From positions 13,793 through 77,792 of the forward strand of contig JBAZPG010000004.1 of NCBI GenBank assembly GCA_041648335.1: a stretch of 64,000 bases of DNA, read 5' to 3'. The notes beneath the pieces are model-generated. The model worked only from the letters and a program-made list of their open reading frames with translations. It made no database searches and was not told the origin of the DNA. A program made the position numbers and the translations under genes. Within the stretch, counting starts at the first letter, position 1, and each line of letters begins with the position of its first letter. Positions 20,242 through 29,441 of the stretch are shown here, one piece after another. This DNA comes from Candidatus Micrarchaeia archaeon (lineage in GTDB: Archaea > Micrarchaeota > Micrarchaeia > Norongarragalinales > Norongarragalinaceae).

Positions 20242-21224
20242 ATGCCTTGGACTTGAATCCAGCGGTTGCCGCTGTTTTAGCAGCACTCCTATTCTTGCCG
20301 TTTGCCTCCGCAGGCGGAGCCGCGGTCAGCGGGGGGAACGTATCCAACCTGCTCATCGATGCTTCGGTGCAGACGGGCGCGTGGGCGGGCGTTTACGGTT
20401 GGGTGGCTACGGGTGCGGGTGCGGTGGGTGAGACACTTTATTCGGGGAACGTATCCAACTTCACCGTGGTGTTCCCGTTGTATTGCACGGGCGGCGACAA
20501 CTTCCTGCTCGCCTCGAATTCCTCCACGCTGGATTGGAGCGCGCTCGCGAAGGGCGAACCGGCGGCGTTGGATTCGTTGCTGGGTTTCACCGGGAACGAG
20601 TCGGATTCGGCTAACCAGACGTTCAACGCGAGCGTGGACTACGCGATGGGCTCCCAGGTTTTCTTGGGGGCTAACGCGACTTACACTTTTTCGCAGTCCC
20701 TATCGCCCGGGTTCGACGAGGGGCTATTGGTGGATTCGTCGAGCGGGGCTTTCGTGTTCGTGACGCGCATTCACGCGGGCGAACTCGCGTTCTCGGGCGA
20801 ACCCGCGGACTTCCAGCTCTTGTTGCCCGTAGTCGGCGGTGTTGGTGCGAACGAATCGTATTACTTTTACGGTTCGGCGTTCAACTGCCCCGTGTCCACC
20901 GCGCCGTTGCAGCAGGGTGGGGCGGGCGGAGTGAACGTGCCCTATTCGCCGGACGGGGGCGGGGCGGGCGAGCCGACTTACGACCCGCAGAATTGGCCGG
21001 GCAAGGGTTGGGCTTCCCCGACTCCCCGGCCTTCACCCGCCGCTTCACCGTCGCCGCTTCCCGAGTTGAGCATAACCGGGGTGTTATTCGTAATGGAGGG
21101 CGGGGACATCCTGGGGTTGTCGGGTTTCGTGGCGCGCTATTGGTCGATTTTCGTTGTTGCCGCGATGTTCGCGGTGCTAATCGCGCTTGTCCTGTGGATG
21201 TTCGCCATGCGCCGCACCAACTGA
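20238..21224 (+). CDS. secreted glycoprotein-like protein with a Pro/Ser linker and C-terminal TM anchor (paralog of 17758..18465)
   Basis: Start overlaps the upstream stop (GTGA). Contains GGNVSN, the linker PTPRPSPAASPSPLPELS and a C-terminal hydrophobic helix ending RRTN. Confidence 0.5.
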   Translation: MNALDLNPAVAAVLAALLFLPFASAGGAAVSGGNVSNLLIDASVQTGAWAGVYGWVATGAGAVGETLYSGNVSNFTVVFPLYCTGGDNFLLASNSSTLDWSALAKGEPAALDSLLGFTGNESDSANQTFNASVDYAMGSQVFLGANATYTFSQSLSPGFDEGLLVDSSSGAFVFVTRIHAGELAFSGEPADFQLLLPVVGGVGANESYYFYGSAFNCPVSTAPLQQGGAGGVNVPYSPDGGGAGEPTYDPQNWPGKGWASPTPRPSPAASPSPLPELSITGVLFVMEGGDILGLSGFVARYWSIFVVAAMFAVLIALVLWMFAMRRTN

Positions 21225-24200
21225 CTTCAAGTCCGCCACGTTCACTTCAACTATGCGGCTGCCCTGCTTGCCCTGCATCGCGACGCCCACCAGGCAGTCC
21301 GCGTTCTTGTAAACCGTGTCGTTGTGCGTCACGACTATGAATTGCCCGTTCTTGCTCAACGCCTTCAACAACAACGCGAGCTTGCGCGAGTTCTCCTGGT
21401 CGAGCGCCGCGTCGGATTCGTCTAAAACGTAAACCGAGCTCGGGTTCGCGGACTGCACTGCGAACAGGAAGAGCAGGGCGATGAGGGCCTTTTCGCCGCC
21501 GCTCATCAGTTCCAGGTAGCGTATCTCCTTGTTGTCGAGTTCGACCTGAATCGTTAGTCCGCCCTCGAACGGCGCGTCCGGGTTCTCGAGGTAGAGCGAG
21601 CCGTGCCCGGTGAATATCTCGCCGAAAATGTTCTCGAACGACTTGTTGATGTGGTTGAACGTGGCCATGAACGTCTCCTTCTTCCTGCCTTCTATCTCGT
21701 TGATTATGCTGATTACCGCGTCCTTCTCCACGCCGAGTTGGGTGACGCGCTGCTTCTGTTCCTCGAGCTCGCGGAAACGTTGTCCGTACTTCTCGATTGC
21801 CGAGAGGTTCGGGTTCCCGAGTCCGGCGAGCGTCTCCTCGAGCTTCTTGCGCGCCAACGAGAGTTCCGGCTCGTGCTTCTTGGCGAGCTTCTCGCGCAGC
21901 GGTTCCACGCCCTCGTATTCCGCGAGGCGCGCCTTCGCCTCGACGAGGCGTTCGTCCACGTGCGCCTTCTGCACCTCGAGGTCCGTGCTCTCGCGGCGCA
22001 ACCCCTCGAGCGAGAACTGGCTGCCGCCTTTTTCGTTCGCCAGCGCGCCGATTTCCTTTTCGAGCCGGTTCCGCGTTTCCATGAGCTCCCCGAACTCCTT
22101 GGAGAACTCCCGGTAACGCTTCTGCTTCTCGGCGAGCGTCCCCTTGGCGGCACGTATCTCGTCGTCCGCCTTGTTCACCGCGTCCCTGCATTCCCCGAGG
22201 GCGCCCTCGGCTTCAGCGAAGCGCTTCTTCGCGGAATCGAACTCGCGTTGCGCGTACCCGCTCTTCGCCTCGGCCGCCTCCAACTCGGCGCGCGCCTTGT
22301 TCTCCGCGGTCTTCAACTCGCCGAGCTTGCGTTCGCGCTCGCGCGCGAGCCCGCCCAGGCGCGACTCCGTCTCCAAATCGATTTTCTCCTTGGCGGAAAG
22401 GTAATCGATGTTCAACTGGGAGAGGCGCTTGATCAACGCGCTCTTCTCCTCGTCCTTCCCCGCCGCGCCCTCGGCGCACTCCTTGATTTCCTTTTTCAAC
22501 TCGTTCGCCGCGCTCTTCGCGTTCGCGTTCCTCGACGTCCACTCCGCCTCGCTCTTGCGCGACTGCCCCAACTCGAGTTCGAGGGTCTTCAAGTTGAGTT
22601 CCGCACGGCTCTTCTCGCGGCGCGCTTCCGCGAGTGCATCGCGCACGCGGGACAATTCGGCGTAAACGCCCTCGCGCTCGGCTTTCGCCGCGTCCAAACG
22701 CGCGCGGAGTTTCTCGAGCGTAGCCTGTTCCGCGTAAACATTAACCGTCCGCTTCGCGCTCCCCCCGGTCACGAGCCCGCTTGCCTCCGCCAGTTCGCCC
22801 TGCATTGTCACGAGGCGCAGCTTGCGCACGAGCGGTTCCGCCGAGGCGAAGTCCTTCATCACCAGCGTGTTCCCGCACGCGTATTCCACCGCGCGGGCAA
22901 TCGAGGAATCGTATTCCAGCAAGTCGAGCAGGAACCCAACCGCACCCGGCGCCTTCGCGTGCTCCTTGTCCTCTGCCGACGGCTTTCGCGACTCGATTTT
23001 GTTAAGGGGAATGAACGACAAGCGCCCGAGGCGGTTCTTCTTCAAATACTCTACCGCCTGCCCGGCGGTCTTCACGGAATCAACAACAAGGTAGTTCAGG
23101 CGCGAGCCCAACGCGATGGTCACGGGGAGCGAGTGCTCGTCGTCGTAGGATATTAGTTCCTGGAGGATGCCGTGAACTCCCTTTACATTCTCCTTCACGC
23201 TCCGCGCCGCGGCAGTGTCCTCGCCCGCGCGTTCCCCAGCCATCTTTAAGCGGGACTCCTTCTCGACTATCTTCTCGCGGATTTCAAGGAGTTCGCCCTC
23301 GATTTTGGGTAAACCCTCGTTCAGCTTGCGTTCACTTTCGAAGAGTGCGCGTTGGCTGTTCTCCTTCTCGCGGTGCTCGCGTTCCGCTTGCTTGCGTTCC
23401 GCCTCGAGTTCGCTCTCCTTTCGCGCGTAATCCTCTTCGGGCGTGCCCTGGCGCAGGCGTTCGAGCTCGCGTTCCTTGAGTGCCTTGCGTTCGACCAATA
23501 TTGCGGATTCGCCCTGGAGTTTCTGGAGGGCGTCCTTGGTGCGCCCCATCTCCGTTTCGCACTCGCTTGCCTTGCGGCGCGCCTCCTGGAAGCCCTTCGA
23601 GAAAGCGTCCGCCTGCCCCAAGAGGGCTTTGAGTTCGCGTTCCTCTTTACCAACGATTTCCGCGAGCGACTTCGCCTCGTCGGCGAGTTCCTCCGAGCGC
23701 CGCTTCGCCCCGCCCAACTCGTCCTGGGCGCGCTGCATCGCGAGGCGTTCGTCGTCCTTGCGGCGTTCGAGGCGCGCCTCCTCGGTTTTCTTGTTGTCGA
23801 TGAGTTGCTTGTTCGCGTTGATTGCGTTGTTCAACGCGTTTATCTCGGCTTCGATTCCGCCCTCGAGGGCGCGCTTGTTCAACTCCGCGCTCGCCTGCTC
23901 TTTCTCCGCGTTCTTCGCGGTTATCCGCGCCTCGAGCTCCCTTATCTTGTGTTCCGCGGCGTTAGCCGCCGTTTCCCCGGCGAACAGCTTCTCGACGAGC
24001 GCCTCGAACTCCCTGGACAAGTCCGCGTGCGCGATTTCCGCGAGCGTGGCCTTCACGCGCTTTAACGCGGCATCCGTGTCGCGCCATTTCTCCGCCTTCT
24101 CCTTCTCGTCCTTCAACTCGCGGAGGTAACCCTCCTTCTCGTGCAAACTCACGTTCGCCTCGCCTATCTTCTGGTCCACGCGGCCGAGCTCGGCGAACGC

Positions 24201-24680
24201 CTCCTTCTTCTTCTCCTCGTACTCGCTCACGTTCGCGATTACGTCAATCAGTTCGCGGCGCTCCTTGGGGTGCATCTCGACGATGCGCTGGACTTCCCCC
24301 TGCTTGATGAAGTTGTTTAGCGAGATGCGCTTCTCGGCGAGGAACTCGTCGATTACGTACTTGTTCACGCGCTTGTCGTCCAGACGGTACTGCATCTTGC
24401 CGTCCGCCCGGATTTTGCGGGTGACGCTCCGCTTCTTGCCGTTGTCGTCGAACTCCACCGTGACCTCGGCAACGTTCGAGCCGTGCGAAATCAGGTCGCC
24501 TACCTTCTTGGCGCGCAACTGCTTGAGGCGCGAGTCCCCGAACGCGAACTGGAGGGCGTCCGTGATGTTGCTCTTCCCGCTCCCGTTCGGGCCGATCACG
24601 CAGTCCACGCCCGGCGTGAACGTGACCGTGGCGTTCTTGAACGACTTGAAGTTCTTCAGGACTACCTTATCTATGAACAT
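21177..24680 (-). CDS. smc: chromosome segregation protein SMC
   Basis: 1167 aa with N-terminal Walker A GPNGSGKSN, a long coiled-coil, a hinge region, and C-terminal signature LSGGEKALIALLFLFA plus Walker B YVLDESDAALD. Confidence 0.95.
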   Translation of the reverse strand: MFIDKVVLKNFKSFKNATVTFTPGVDCVIGPNGSGKSNITDALQFAFGDSRLKQLRAKKVGDLISHGSNVAEVTVEFDDNGKKRSVTRKIRADGKMQYRLDDKRVNKYVIDEFLAEKRISLNNFIKQGEVQRIVEMHPKERRELIDVIANVSEYEEKKKEAFAELGRVDQKIGEANVSLHEKEGYLRELKDEKEKAEKWRDTDAALKRVKATLAEIAHADLSREFEALVEKLFAGETAANAAEHKIRELEARITAKNAEKEQASAELNKRALEGGIEAEINALNNAINANKQLIDNKKTEEARLERRKDDERLAMQRAQDELGGAKRRSEELADEAKSLAEIVGKEERELKALLGQADAFSKGFQEARRKASECETEMGRTKDALQKLQGESAILVERKALKERELERLRQGTPEEDYARKESELEAERKQAEREHREKENSQRALFESERKLNEGLPKIEGELLEIREKIVEKESRLKMAGERAGEDTAAARSVKENVKGVHGILQELISYDDEHSLPVTIALGSRLNYLVVDSVKTAGQAVEYLKKNRLGRLSFIPLNKIESRKPSAEDKEHAKAPGAVGFLLDLLEYDSSIARAVEYACGNTLVMKDFASAEPLVRKLRLVTMQGELAEASGLVTGGSAKRTVNVYAEQATLEKLRARLDAAKAEREGVYAELSRVRDALAEARREKSRAELNLKTLELELGQSRKSEAEWTSRNANAKSAANELKKEIKECAEGAAGKDEEKSALIKRLSQLNIDYLSAKEKIDLETESRLGGLARERERKLGELKTAENKARAELEAAEAKSGYAQREFDSAKKRFAEAEGALGECRDAVNKADDEIRAAKGTLAEKQKRYREFSKEFGELMETRNRLEKEIGALANEKGGSQFSLEGLRRESTDLEVQKAHVDERLVEAKARLAEYEGVEPLREKLAKKHEPELSLARKKLEETLAGLGNPNLSAIEKYGQRFRELEEQKQRVTQLGVEKDAVISIINEIEGRKKETFMATFNHINKSFENIFGEIFTGHGSLYLENPDAPFEGGLTIQVELDNKEIRYLELMSGGEKALIALLFLFAVQSANPSSVYVLDESDAALDQENSRKLALLLKALSKNGQFIVVTHNDTVYKNADCLVGVAMQGKQGSRIVEVNVADLKSVGAAHGEHPQDKRD

Positions 24681-24797
24681 GGCTTTTTCCAGCGTTCCGG
24701 GTTGATGGTAGGAATCACGCGAAACGCCTTTAAAATACGTTCACCGCGTCAAAGCCCACCCTATGGTTGCCTTCCTTTTTCCATCCTTGCCGTTGGC

Positions 24798-25220
24798 TCA
24801 ATTTAGCTGCTTAACCATCAAATCGGGCGCGCACTCTTCTTTCCTCTTGCAGTGTAGGCAAACAAAAAGAGGTTGCGGGAACTCGTCTTCGCCAATCTTT
24901 CTGAAGCCCGCCGCTTCATAGAACCCCCGGGCGTGCCGGGTTATCAAGAAAATGCGTTGGGCGCCTAGTTTTTTTGCGGTTTCAATAACCTTATTCATCA
25001 GTTTTGTTCCAATGCCCTTGTTTTGATGCTTTTTGTCAACCGCAAGCAGGTCGAGCTTGTATTCATTGCCGGAACCGCGGAGAATTACGCTGCCCACGGG
25101 TTTTCCGTCCTCTATGGCCTCCCACGCTTTCAGACAGTTGTCAAAAGGGTGCACGTTCATGCCGAAGCTCTTTGCGAGCGACTCCACGAACGCAAAGTTT
25201 TTCGTTTCCCTTATTTCCAT
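24798..25220 (-). CDS. GNAT family N-acetyltransferase
   Basis: Acetyl-CoA-binding motif Q/RxxGxG/A (HQNKGIGTKLM) with a GNAT fold-length core. Confidence 0.8.
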   Translation of the reverse strand: MEIRETKNFAFVESLAKSFGMNVHPFDNCLKAWEAIEDGKPVGSVILRGSGNEYKLDLLAVDKKHQNKGIGTKLMNKVIETAKKLGAQRIFLITRHARGFYEAAGFRKIGEDEFPQPLFVCLHCKRKEECAPDLMVKQLN

Positions 25221-25426
25221 GATTTAATGTGCCTGGAGCCGGCTATTAAACTCTGGGGAATCCTGCGGTTCAGGAAAGGGGCGCGCACTCGACTATCGCC
25301 TCGTCGCCCTGCGCCGAGATGCCCCGCACCTCGAACGGCGACGCAGCGAACGCGGAAAGCAAATCCGCGTAACACAACTTGCTGACGTTTATTCTCATTT
25401 TTCCAACACCTCTTTTTTTGGGGACC

Positions 25427-25511
25427 TGCCGGGGGCGGGATTCGAACCCGCGATTGACCTTAGCCAAACCGCTCGACAGGCAGTCCCCTTAACCTGCTCG
25501 GGCACCCCGGC
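25427..25511 (-). tRNA. tRNA, 85 nt, with a 16-nt extra arm but a GUC-containing anticodon loop; identity unresolved (possibly Asp-like with a non-canonical insertion)
   Basis: Minus-strand sense GCCGGGG-UG-..-ACUGC-CUGUCGA-GCGGU-UUGGCUAAGGUCAAUC-GCGGG-UUCGAAU-CCCGC-CCCCGGC-A. It has a perfect 7-bp acceptor and T arm. The only pairable anticodon stem gives loop CUGUCGA, and no CCA is encoded. Confidence 0.55.
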
Positions 25512-25540
25512 GCAAAACCTTTTTATATTCCCTCCGGCAC

Positions 25541-25578
25541 TCCTTCCCTTGACAGGCAGTTCCCTTCCGCCCGTTCGG
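25541..25578 (-). repeat. degenerate (~80% identity) partial copy of the 5' half of the adjacent tRNA, located 5' of it
   Basis: GGTGCCCGAACGGGCGGAAGGGAACTGCCTGTCAAGGG aligns with tRNA positions 6-43, GGTGCCCGAGCAGGTTAAGGGGACTGCCTGTCGAGCGG. Confidence 0.5.
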
Positions 25579-25694
25579 GCACCTTTTTCTTTTTTTGTTA
25601 CGGTTTAAAACCAAGGCTCGACCCGTGGCTGCCACTGCTTCCACTCCCCGTTCGGGCAAGAACGCTTTTAACCCCAAAAAGCGTATCCCTTGTC

Positions 25695-26240
25695 ATGGAT
25701 GCGGACGAGGAAGCCGTGCGCTCGCTCAAGCGCTTCTTTTCGGAGCGCGACTCGCGTTCCCTGGAGAGCCAGGCGGCTAGTTTGGCGCGCGAGGCGCTCG
25801 TTCGCACGGATTCCGTGCTCGTGGACTTGTCTATTCTCGCTTTCGTGTTATCCAAGCTCTCGAACAAGCAGCACATCATTGAGTCCCGTTCCTGGGGTCC
25901 CGCATCCGGACGCATCTTGAGCCACCTGGAGGAAGCCGCACTCCAGTTCAAGGGCGGGGCGCGCGTGAAGGCAGGGGAAAGCGTGCGCGCGGCGCTAAAC
26001 GACGTGGACGCCCTCGGATTGGCTGAGGGACGTTTTGTTTCGAGCATGGTGGAGAAGGGGCGCATCAAGGCGGCAGCCCAGATGTACGCGCACGGCGCCT
26101 CCCTGGGGGCAGTCGCCTCGTTTACAGGGGCTTCGAAGTCGGATTTGGCTGATTACGTGGGGAACACCAACATCCCGGACAAGTACTCCTCGATGCCGGT
26201 GCGCGAGCGGCTGGAAGCCGCACGGAAGGTTTTCTCATGA
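25695..26240 (+). CDS. hypothetical protein (181 aa), translationally coupled to the downstream PIN-like gene
   Basis: Stop overlaps the downstream ATG (ATGA at 26237-26240); no recognisable motif. Confidence 0.4.
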   Translation: MDADEEAVRSLKRFFSERDSRSLESQAASLAREALVRTDSVLVDLSILAFVLSKLSNKQHIIESRSWGPASGRILSHLEEAALQFKGGARVKAGESVRAALNDVDALGLAEGRFVSSMVEKGRIKAAAQMYAHGASLGAVASFTGASKSDLADYVGNTNIPDKYSSMPVRERLEAARKVFS

Positions 26241-26902
26241 ACATCGTGTGCGACAGCTCCACGCTAATCTCGCTGGGCTCCACCGGGGTGCTGGACTGCC
26301 TGGAGTTCCTCACCCAGAAGACCGGCGCGTCGTTCATCATTCCCCCCGCGGTCGAGCGCGAGATAATCGGGCACGCCCTCCGCATTGACAAGTACCGCTT
26401 CTCCGGACTCCGTCTAAAGAGCCTGGTGCGCCGCGGCGTGCTCAAGGTAGTCGCCCTGCCCCCGCTGACTCGCGAGGGGCACCGCATACTCGACGAGGCG
26501 AACAACGCGTTCAAGGAGCGCGGGCGCGCATTCCAAATCCTGCAGGAAGGCGAGGCGGAGTGCATCGCCCTGTTGTCGTTCGTGCCCGCGGCTGCGCTCG
26601 CGGTGGACGAGAAAACCACGCGCCTGTTGCTCGAGGACCCCGCGGGTTTGGCGCGCGTAATCCAAGCCGATGCCGGGGAGCGCGTGGAGGCGGACCAGGG
26701 CGCGCTTGCCGCGCTCGCAAAGCGCCGCGGCAATACGCCGATAATCCGTTCCACCGAGATTCTCGCGGTTGCCGTAGAAAAGGGCTTTTTCGATTCCTTC
26801 GGGCAAGACAAGGCCGAAGCGTTGAAGGCGGGAGTGAACGCGTTGCGGCGGGCGGGTTGCAGCATCAGCCACCGCGAGTTGGACGAGTACGAAAGCCTTT
26901 AA
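26237..26902 (+). CDS. PIN-like domain protein (221 aa)
   Basis: N-terminal MNIVCDSSTLISL (PIN Asp-1), then acidic positions AVEREI, GEAECIALL and AVDEKT in PIN-like spacing. It is longer than a typical VapC. Confidence 0.45.
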   Translation: MNIVCDSSTLISLGSTGVLDCLEFLTQKTGASFIIPPAVEREIIGHALRIDKYRFSGLRLKSLVRRGVLKVVALPPLTREGHRILDEANNAFKERGRAFQILQEGEAECIALLSFVPAAALAVDEKTTRLLLEDPAGLARVIQADAGERVEADQGALAALAKRRGNTPIIRSTEILAVAVEKGFFDSFGQDKAEALKAGVNALRRAGCSISHRELDEYESL

Positions 26903-26928
26903 TCCCTTTCCAGCCAAAATTCTTGGAC

Positions 26929-27000
26929 AAGGGCTGGTAGATCAACGGTAGATCGCACGCTCCGCAAGCGTGAGGTTGCGGGTTCAAATCCCGTCCAGTC
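26929..27000 (+). tRNA. tRNA-Ala (anticodon CGC)
   Basis: Acceptor GGGCUGG/CCAGUCC with the G3:U70 alanine identity pair, D stem GAUC/GAUC, anticodon stem CACGC/GCGUG, loop UCCGCAA, T arm GCGGG-UUCAAAU-CCCGU, discriminator A. Position 33 is C rather than U, and no CCA is encoded. Confidence 0.8.
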
Positions 27001-27007
27001 CACTCGC

Positions 27008-27970
27008 GTGAAAAACAAGAAGAACATTTTCCTGTTTGCGAATGTTGTTTTAGCCGTCGCGCTCTTCTATTTGTTCTTCAAGGGCTTGGATTACGCGGCG
27101 TTGGGCGCGATACTCGGGCGCGCGCGCTTCGAGTGGATTCTTGCCGCAGCCGTGCTATACTATACCCTCCAGTTCTCCACTGCCCTGCGCCTGAAGTGGC
27201 TGAGCGACGAGCTCGTGCGCCCGGTGGGCGTTTTGGGTGTTTTCAAGGCGCATCTCGCGGGGCTGCTGTTCAGCGACTATACCCCGGGACGTGCGGGTTA
27301 CGCTTACTTCGTGGTGCGCGCCCGCGAGTGGGGGTTGAAGGCGCGCCAGGGCGTCCGCGTGTTCGGCGTCTCGCTCGCCTCGGACTTCTTCACGCGGGGC
27401 GTTTTCGCTGCGTTGAGCATTTACTACTTGTTCGATTCGCGGGAGGCGTTGCTCGCGTGCGCCGCCCTTCTAGTCGTTGGTTCGCTCGGGTTTCTGTGGG
27501 CGTTAACCGCGCCCCGCAAGCCCATCGCGCGCCTCCTTGCTTTGCTGCCGTCCACGGGTGCCGGGGAATTCTACGCGAGCGTGTTCAAGAAACGCATCTC
27601 CTCTCTGCTCGTCTACCTCAACGTTGGCGTGAGTTTCACCGGGGCGTTCGTGCGCGGCTTGGAGTGGATGTGCCTCGCCGCTGCCTTGGGGCATCCGTTC
27701 GCTTGGAGTGAACTATTCGTGTTCGCGGCGTTCAACTCCGTGTTGACTGCGTTGTCTTTCGTTCCGTTGAGTGTTGCCGGCCTCGGTTTGCAGGAGGGTG
27801 CGGGTGCGTTGTTCTTTTCGGCCGCACTCGGTGTTGATTTGGCTTTTGCGGGCGCGCTCATGCTCCTCGTGCGGTTCACCGAGGCGGGTTGCAACCTCGC
27901 GGGGTTGGCGGGTTTGGTTGCCCCAAGCGGGAAAACAAAGTCAACCAAAATTACGAAGAAGCGCAGCTGA
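27008..27970 (+). CDS. flippase-like domain membrane protein (UPF0104 / lysyl-PG synthase TM-region family)
   Basis: 320 aa, about 8 TM segments, N-terminal pattern typical of UPF0104. GTG start 8 nt after the tRNA-Ala. Confidence 0.5.
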   Translation: MKNKKNIFLFANVVLAVALFYLFFKGLDYAALGAILGRARFEWILAAAVLYYTLQFSTALRLKWLSDELVRPVGVLGVFKAHLAGLLFSDYTPGRAGYAYFVVRAREWGLKARQGVRVFGVSLASDFFTRGVFAALSIYYLFDSREALLACAALLVVGSLGFLWALTAPRKPIARLLALLPSTGAGEFYASVFKKRISSLLVYLNVGVSFTGAFVRGLEWMCLAAALGHPFAWSELFVFAAFNSVLTALSFVPLSVAGLGLQEGAGALFFSAALGVDLAFAGALMLLVRFTEAGCNLAGLAGLVAPSGKTKSTKITKKRS

Positions 27971-28054
27971 GCCGCTGGAAAAATAAACCCCGTTTGCCGA
28001 ACCGCTGCTGTTTTCAGTAGTCGTTTTTGTTTTTGCGGTTTTATTGCTTCGGGT

Positions 28055-28756
28055 TCACTCGGCTTTCGCGGGCTTCTCGCGCGGCACGCATTCTTCCTTG
28101 AAGATTATCTTCTTGACTTCAGGGATGAATTCGGTGGCCTGCACGTAGAAGCGCGTCTTGAGCACGAGGTACTCGCGCGAGAACTTGTCCACCTTCTCGG
28201 GCACGTCCACCGTTCCCACGCCCGCCTCGTAAGCTACTTTTGCGTCGGGCAGCAGGTCGTCTGCGAGCGCGGTGAACTTGTCGCCGGGCTTCTCAAGCAC
28301 GTCGAGCACCTTGTACTCGTAAACGATTTCGCGGTCCGCGAGCGGGTGGTTGAAGTCCACGCGCACCCGTCCCCCGGAGACGCTCTGGACGCGGGCGCGC
28401 CTTCCGTCCAACTCGACGGGCATGCCCACGAACGGCTGCACCTTCTGCTCCTGGAATTTTGCCAGCGGCACCAGGCGGACTTCCTCGCTGTTCTTCCTGC
28501 CGAACGCCTTCTCGGGCGCCAGCGTCAGCGTCTTTTCATCGCCCTTCTTCGCCTTGAATAACTCTTCCTCCAAACCCTGGAGTATCTGGTGTTTTCCAAG
28601 GGGCACGAGCACCGGGCCGTACTTCACGCGCGGGTCGAACGTGCCGGCCTCGCGGGCGCGCTTCTCACTCGTAGTATCAAACACGACGCCGTCGTCCTTG
28701 GTTGCACCCGTGAAATCGATTTTAACGAAGTCCCCTTCCTTTGGCATTGAATACAT
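28055..28756 (-). CDS. FKBP-type peptidyl-prolyl cis-trans isomerase (archaeal long type)
   Basis: N-terminal FKBP domain GDFVKIDFTG..DGVVFDTT with an insert-in-flap, and a C-terminal extension. Confidence 0.85.
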   Translation of the reverse strand: MYSMPKEGDFVKIDFTGATKDDGVVFDTTSEKRAREAGTFDPRVKYGPVLVPLGKHQILQGLEEELFKAKKGDEKTLTLAPEKAFGRKNSEEVRLVPLAKFQEQKVQPFVGMPVELDGRRARVQSVSGGRVRVDFNHPLADREIVYEYKVLDVLEKPGDKFTALADDLLPDAKVAYEAGVGTVDVPEKVDKFSREYLVLKTRFYVQATEFIPEVKKIIFKEECVPREKPAKAE

Positions 28757-28767
28757 TCACCTGTTTT

Positions 28768-29415
28768 TTAGTTCGTAGAGTTACCGCTGGTTTCGTTTAC
28801 AGTATTATTTCCATCCGCTTCGGGCTTTAAAGTTTCGCTTTCAAAGTCCGCAGCCGCCTGTTCGATTATCAGGCGCGCCACGCCGTCCGCGTCGATTTCC
28901 GCGTACACGCCCACCGGCACCTCGTCGCCGACTTCGACACCGAGTGCGTCCACGTATGCGGGCTGCCCGTTCAGGTTGACGGGTTGCAAGTCGCGGGTTT
29001 CGTTCGAGTCGAGCGTGTACAACGTGATTTTTGCAGCAAAATTAAGGCGCGCCACGCGCATCAAGAGCGCGTCGCACAACGGTTCGAGGGCGTCGCGTGC
29101 GTCCGCCATTGAGGCGTTCTCGTTGATTTGCGCGGCGTACGCGTTCTCGGACACCTTGTACACGAGCGTGAAGCCCGGCAGCGCTTCGAGCGCCGCCTGG
29201 GCTTGCGTGGAGTTGCACGAGAACGCGTATATCTGGTTCTCCAACTTCGTCACGGTGCCCGTGCCTTGGCCGCCGCCCTTGAACGCCGCCTGCGCGGCTG
29301 GCGAGGGTGTTGGTTTTGCCGAATCCGAAGAATACATGAGCACCGAGAACGTGCCAACGATGAACGTCAGTATTATCATTACCCCGAAGGCAACCATCAA
29401 CGTCTGTTTTTTCAT
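28768..29415 (-). CDS. secreted or membrane-anchored hypothetical protein
   Basis: 215 aa with one N-terminal TM helix. Confidence 0.4.
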   Translation of the reverse strand: MKKQTLMVAFGVMIILTFIVGTFSVLMYSSDSAKPTPSPAAQAAFKGGGQGTGTVTKLENQIYAFSCNSTQAQAALEALPGFTLVYKVSENAYAAQINENASMADARDALEPLCDALLMRVARLNFAAKITLYTLDSNETRDLQPVNLNGQPAYVDALGVEVGDEVPVGVYAEIDADGVARLIIEQAAADFESETLKPEADGNNTVNETSGNSTN

Positions 29416-29441
29416 GAATAACCACCACTAGCTATTTTCAA

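Noticed and set aside
21247-23156. Long ORFs (314, 517, 168 and 146 aa) overlapping smc on both strands
   Set aside because: Extremely Arg/Ala/Pro-rich, repetitive translations typical of GC-rich shadow frames. They lie entirely inside a well-supported SMC gene.
25427-25511. Calling the 85-nt tRNA Leu or Ser on the strength of its long extra arm
   Set aside because: No Leu/Ser anticodon can be positioned in a 7-nt loop closed by a pairable stem. Only GUC fits, so identity is left open.
25598-26917. Minus-strand ORFs (156, 247 and 167 aa) opposite the PIN-like pair
   Set aside because: Ser/Arg/Ala-rich antisense frames. The plus-strand pair has a coding-like composition and an ATGA-coupled start/stop.
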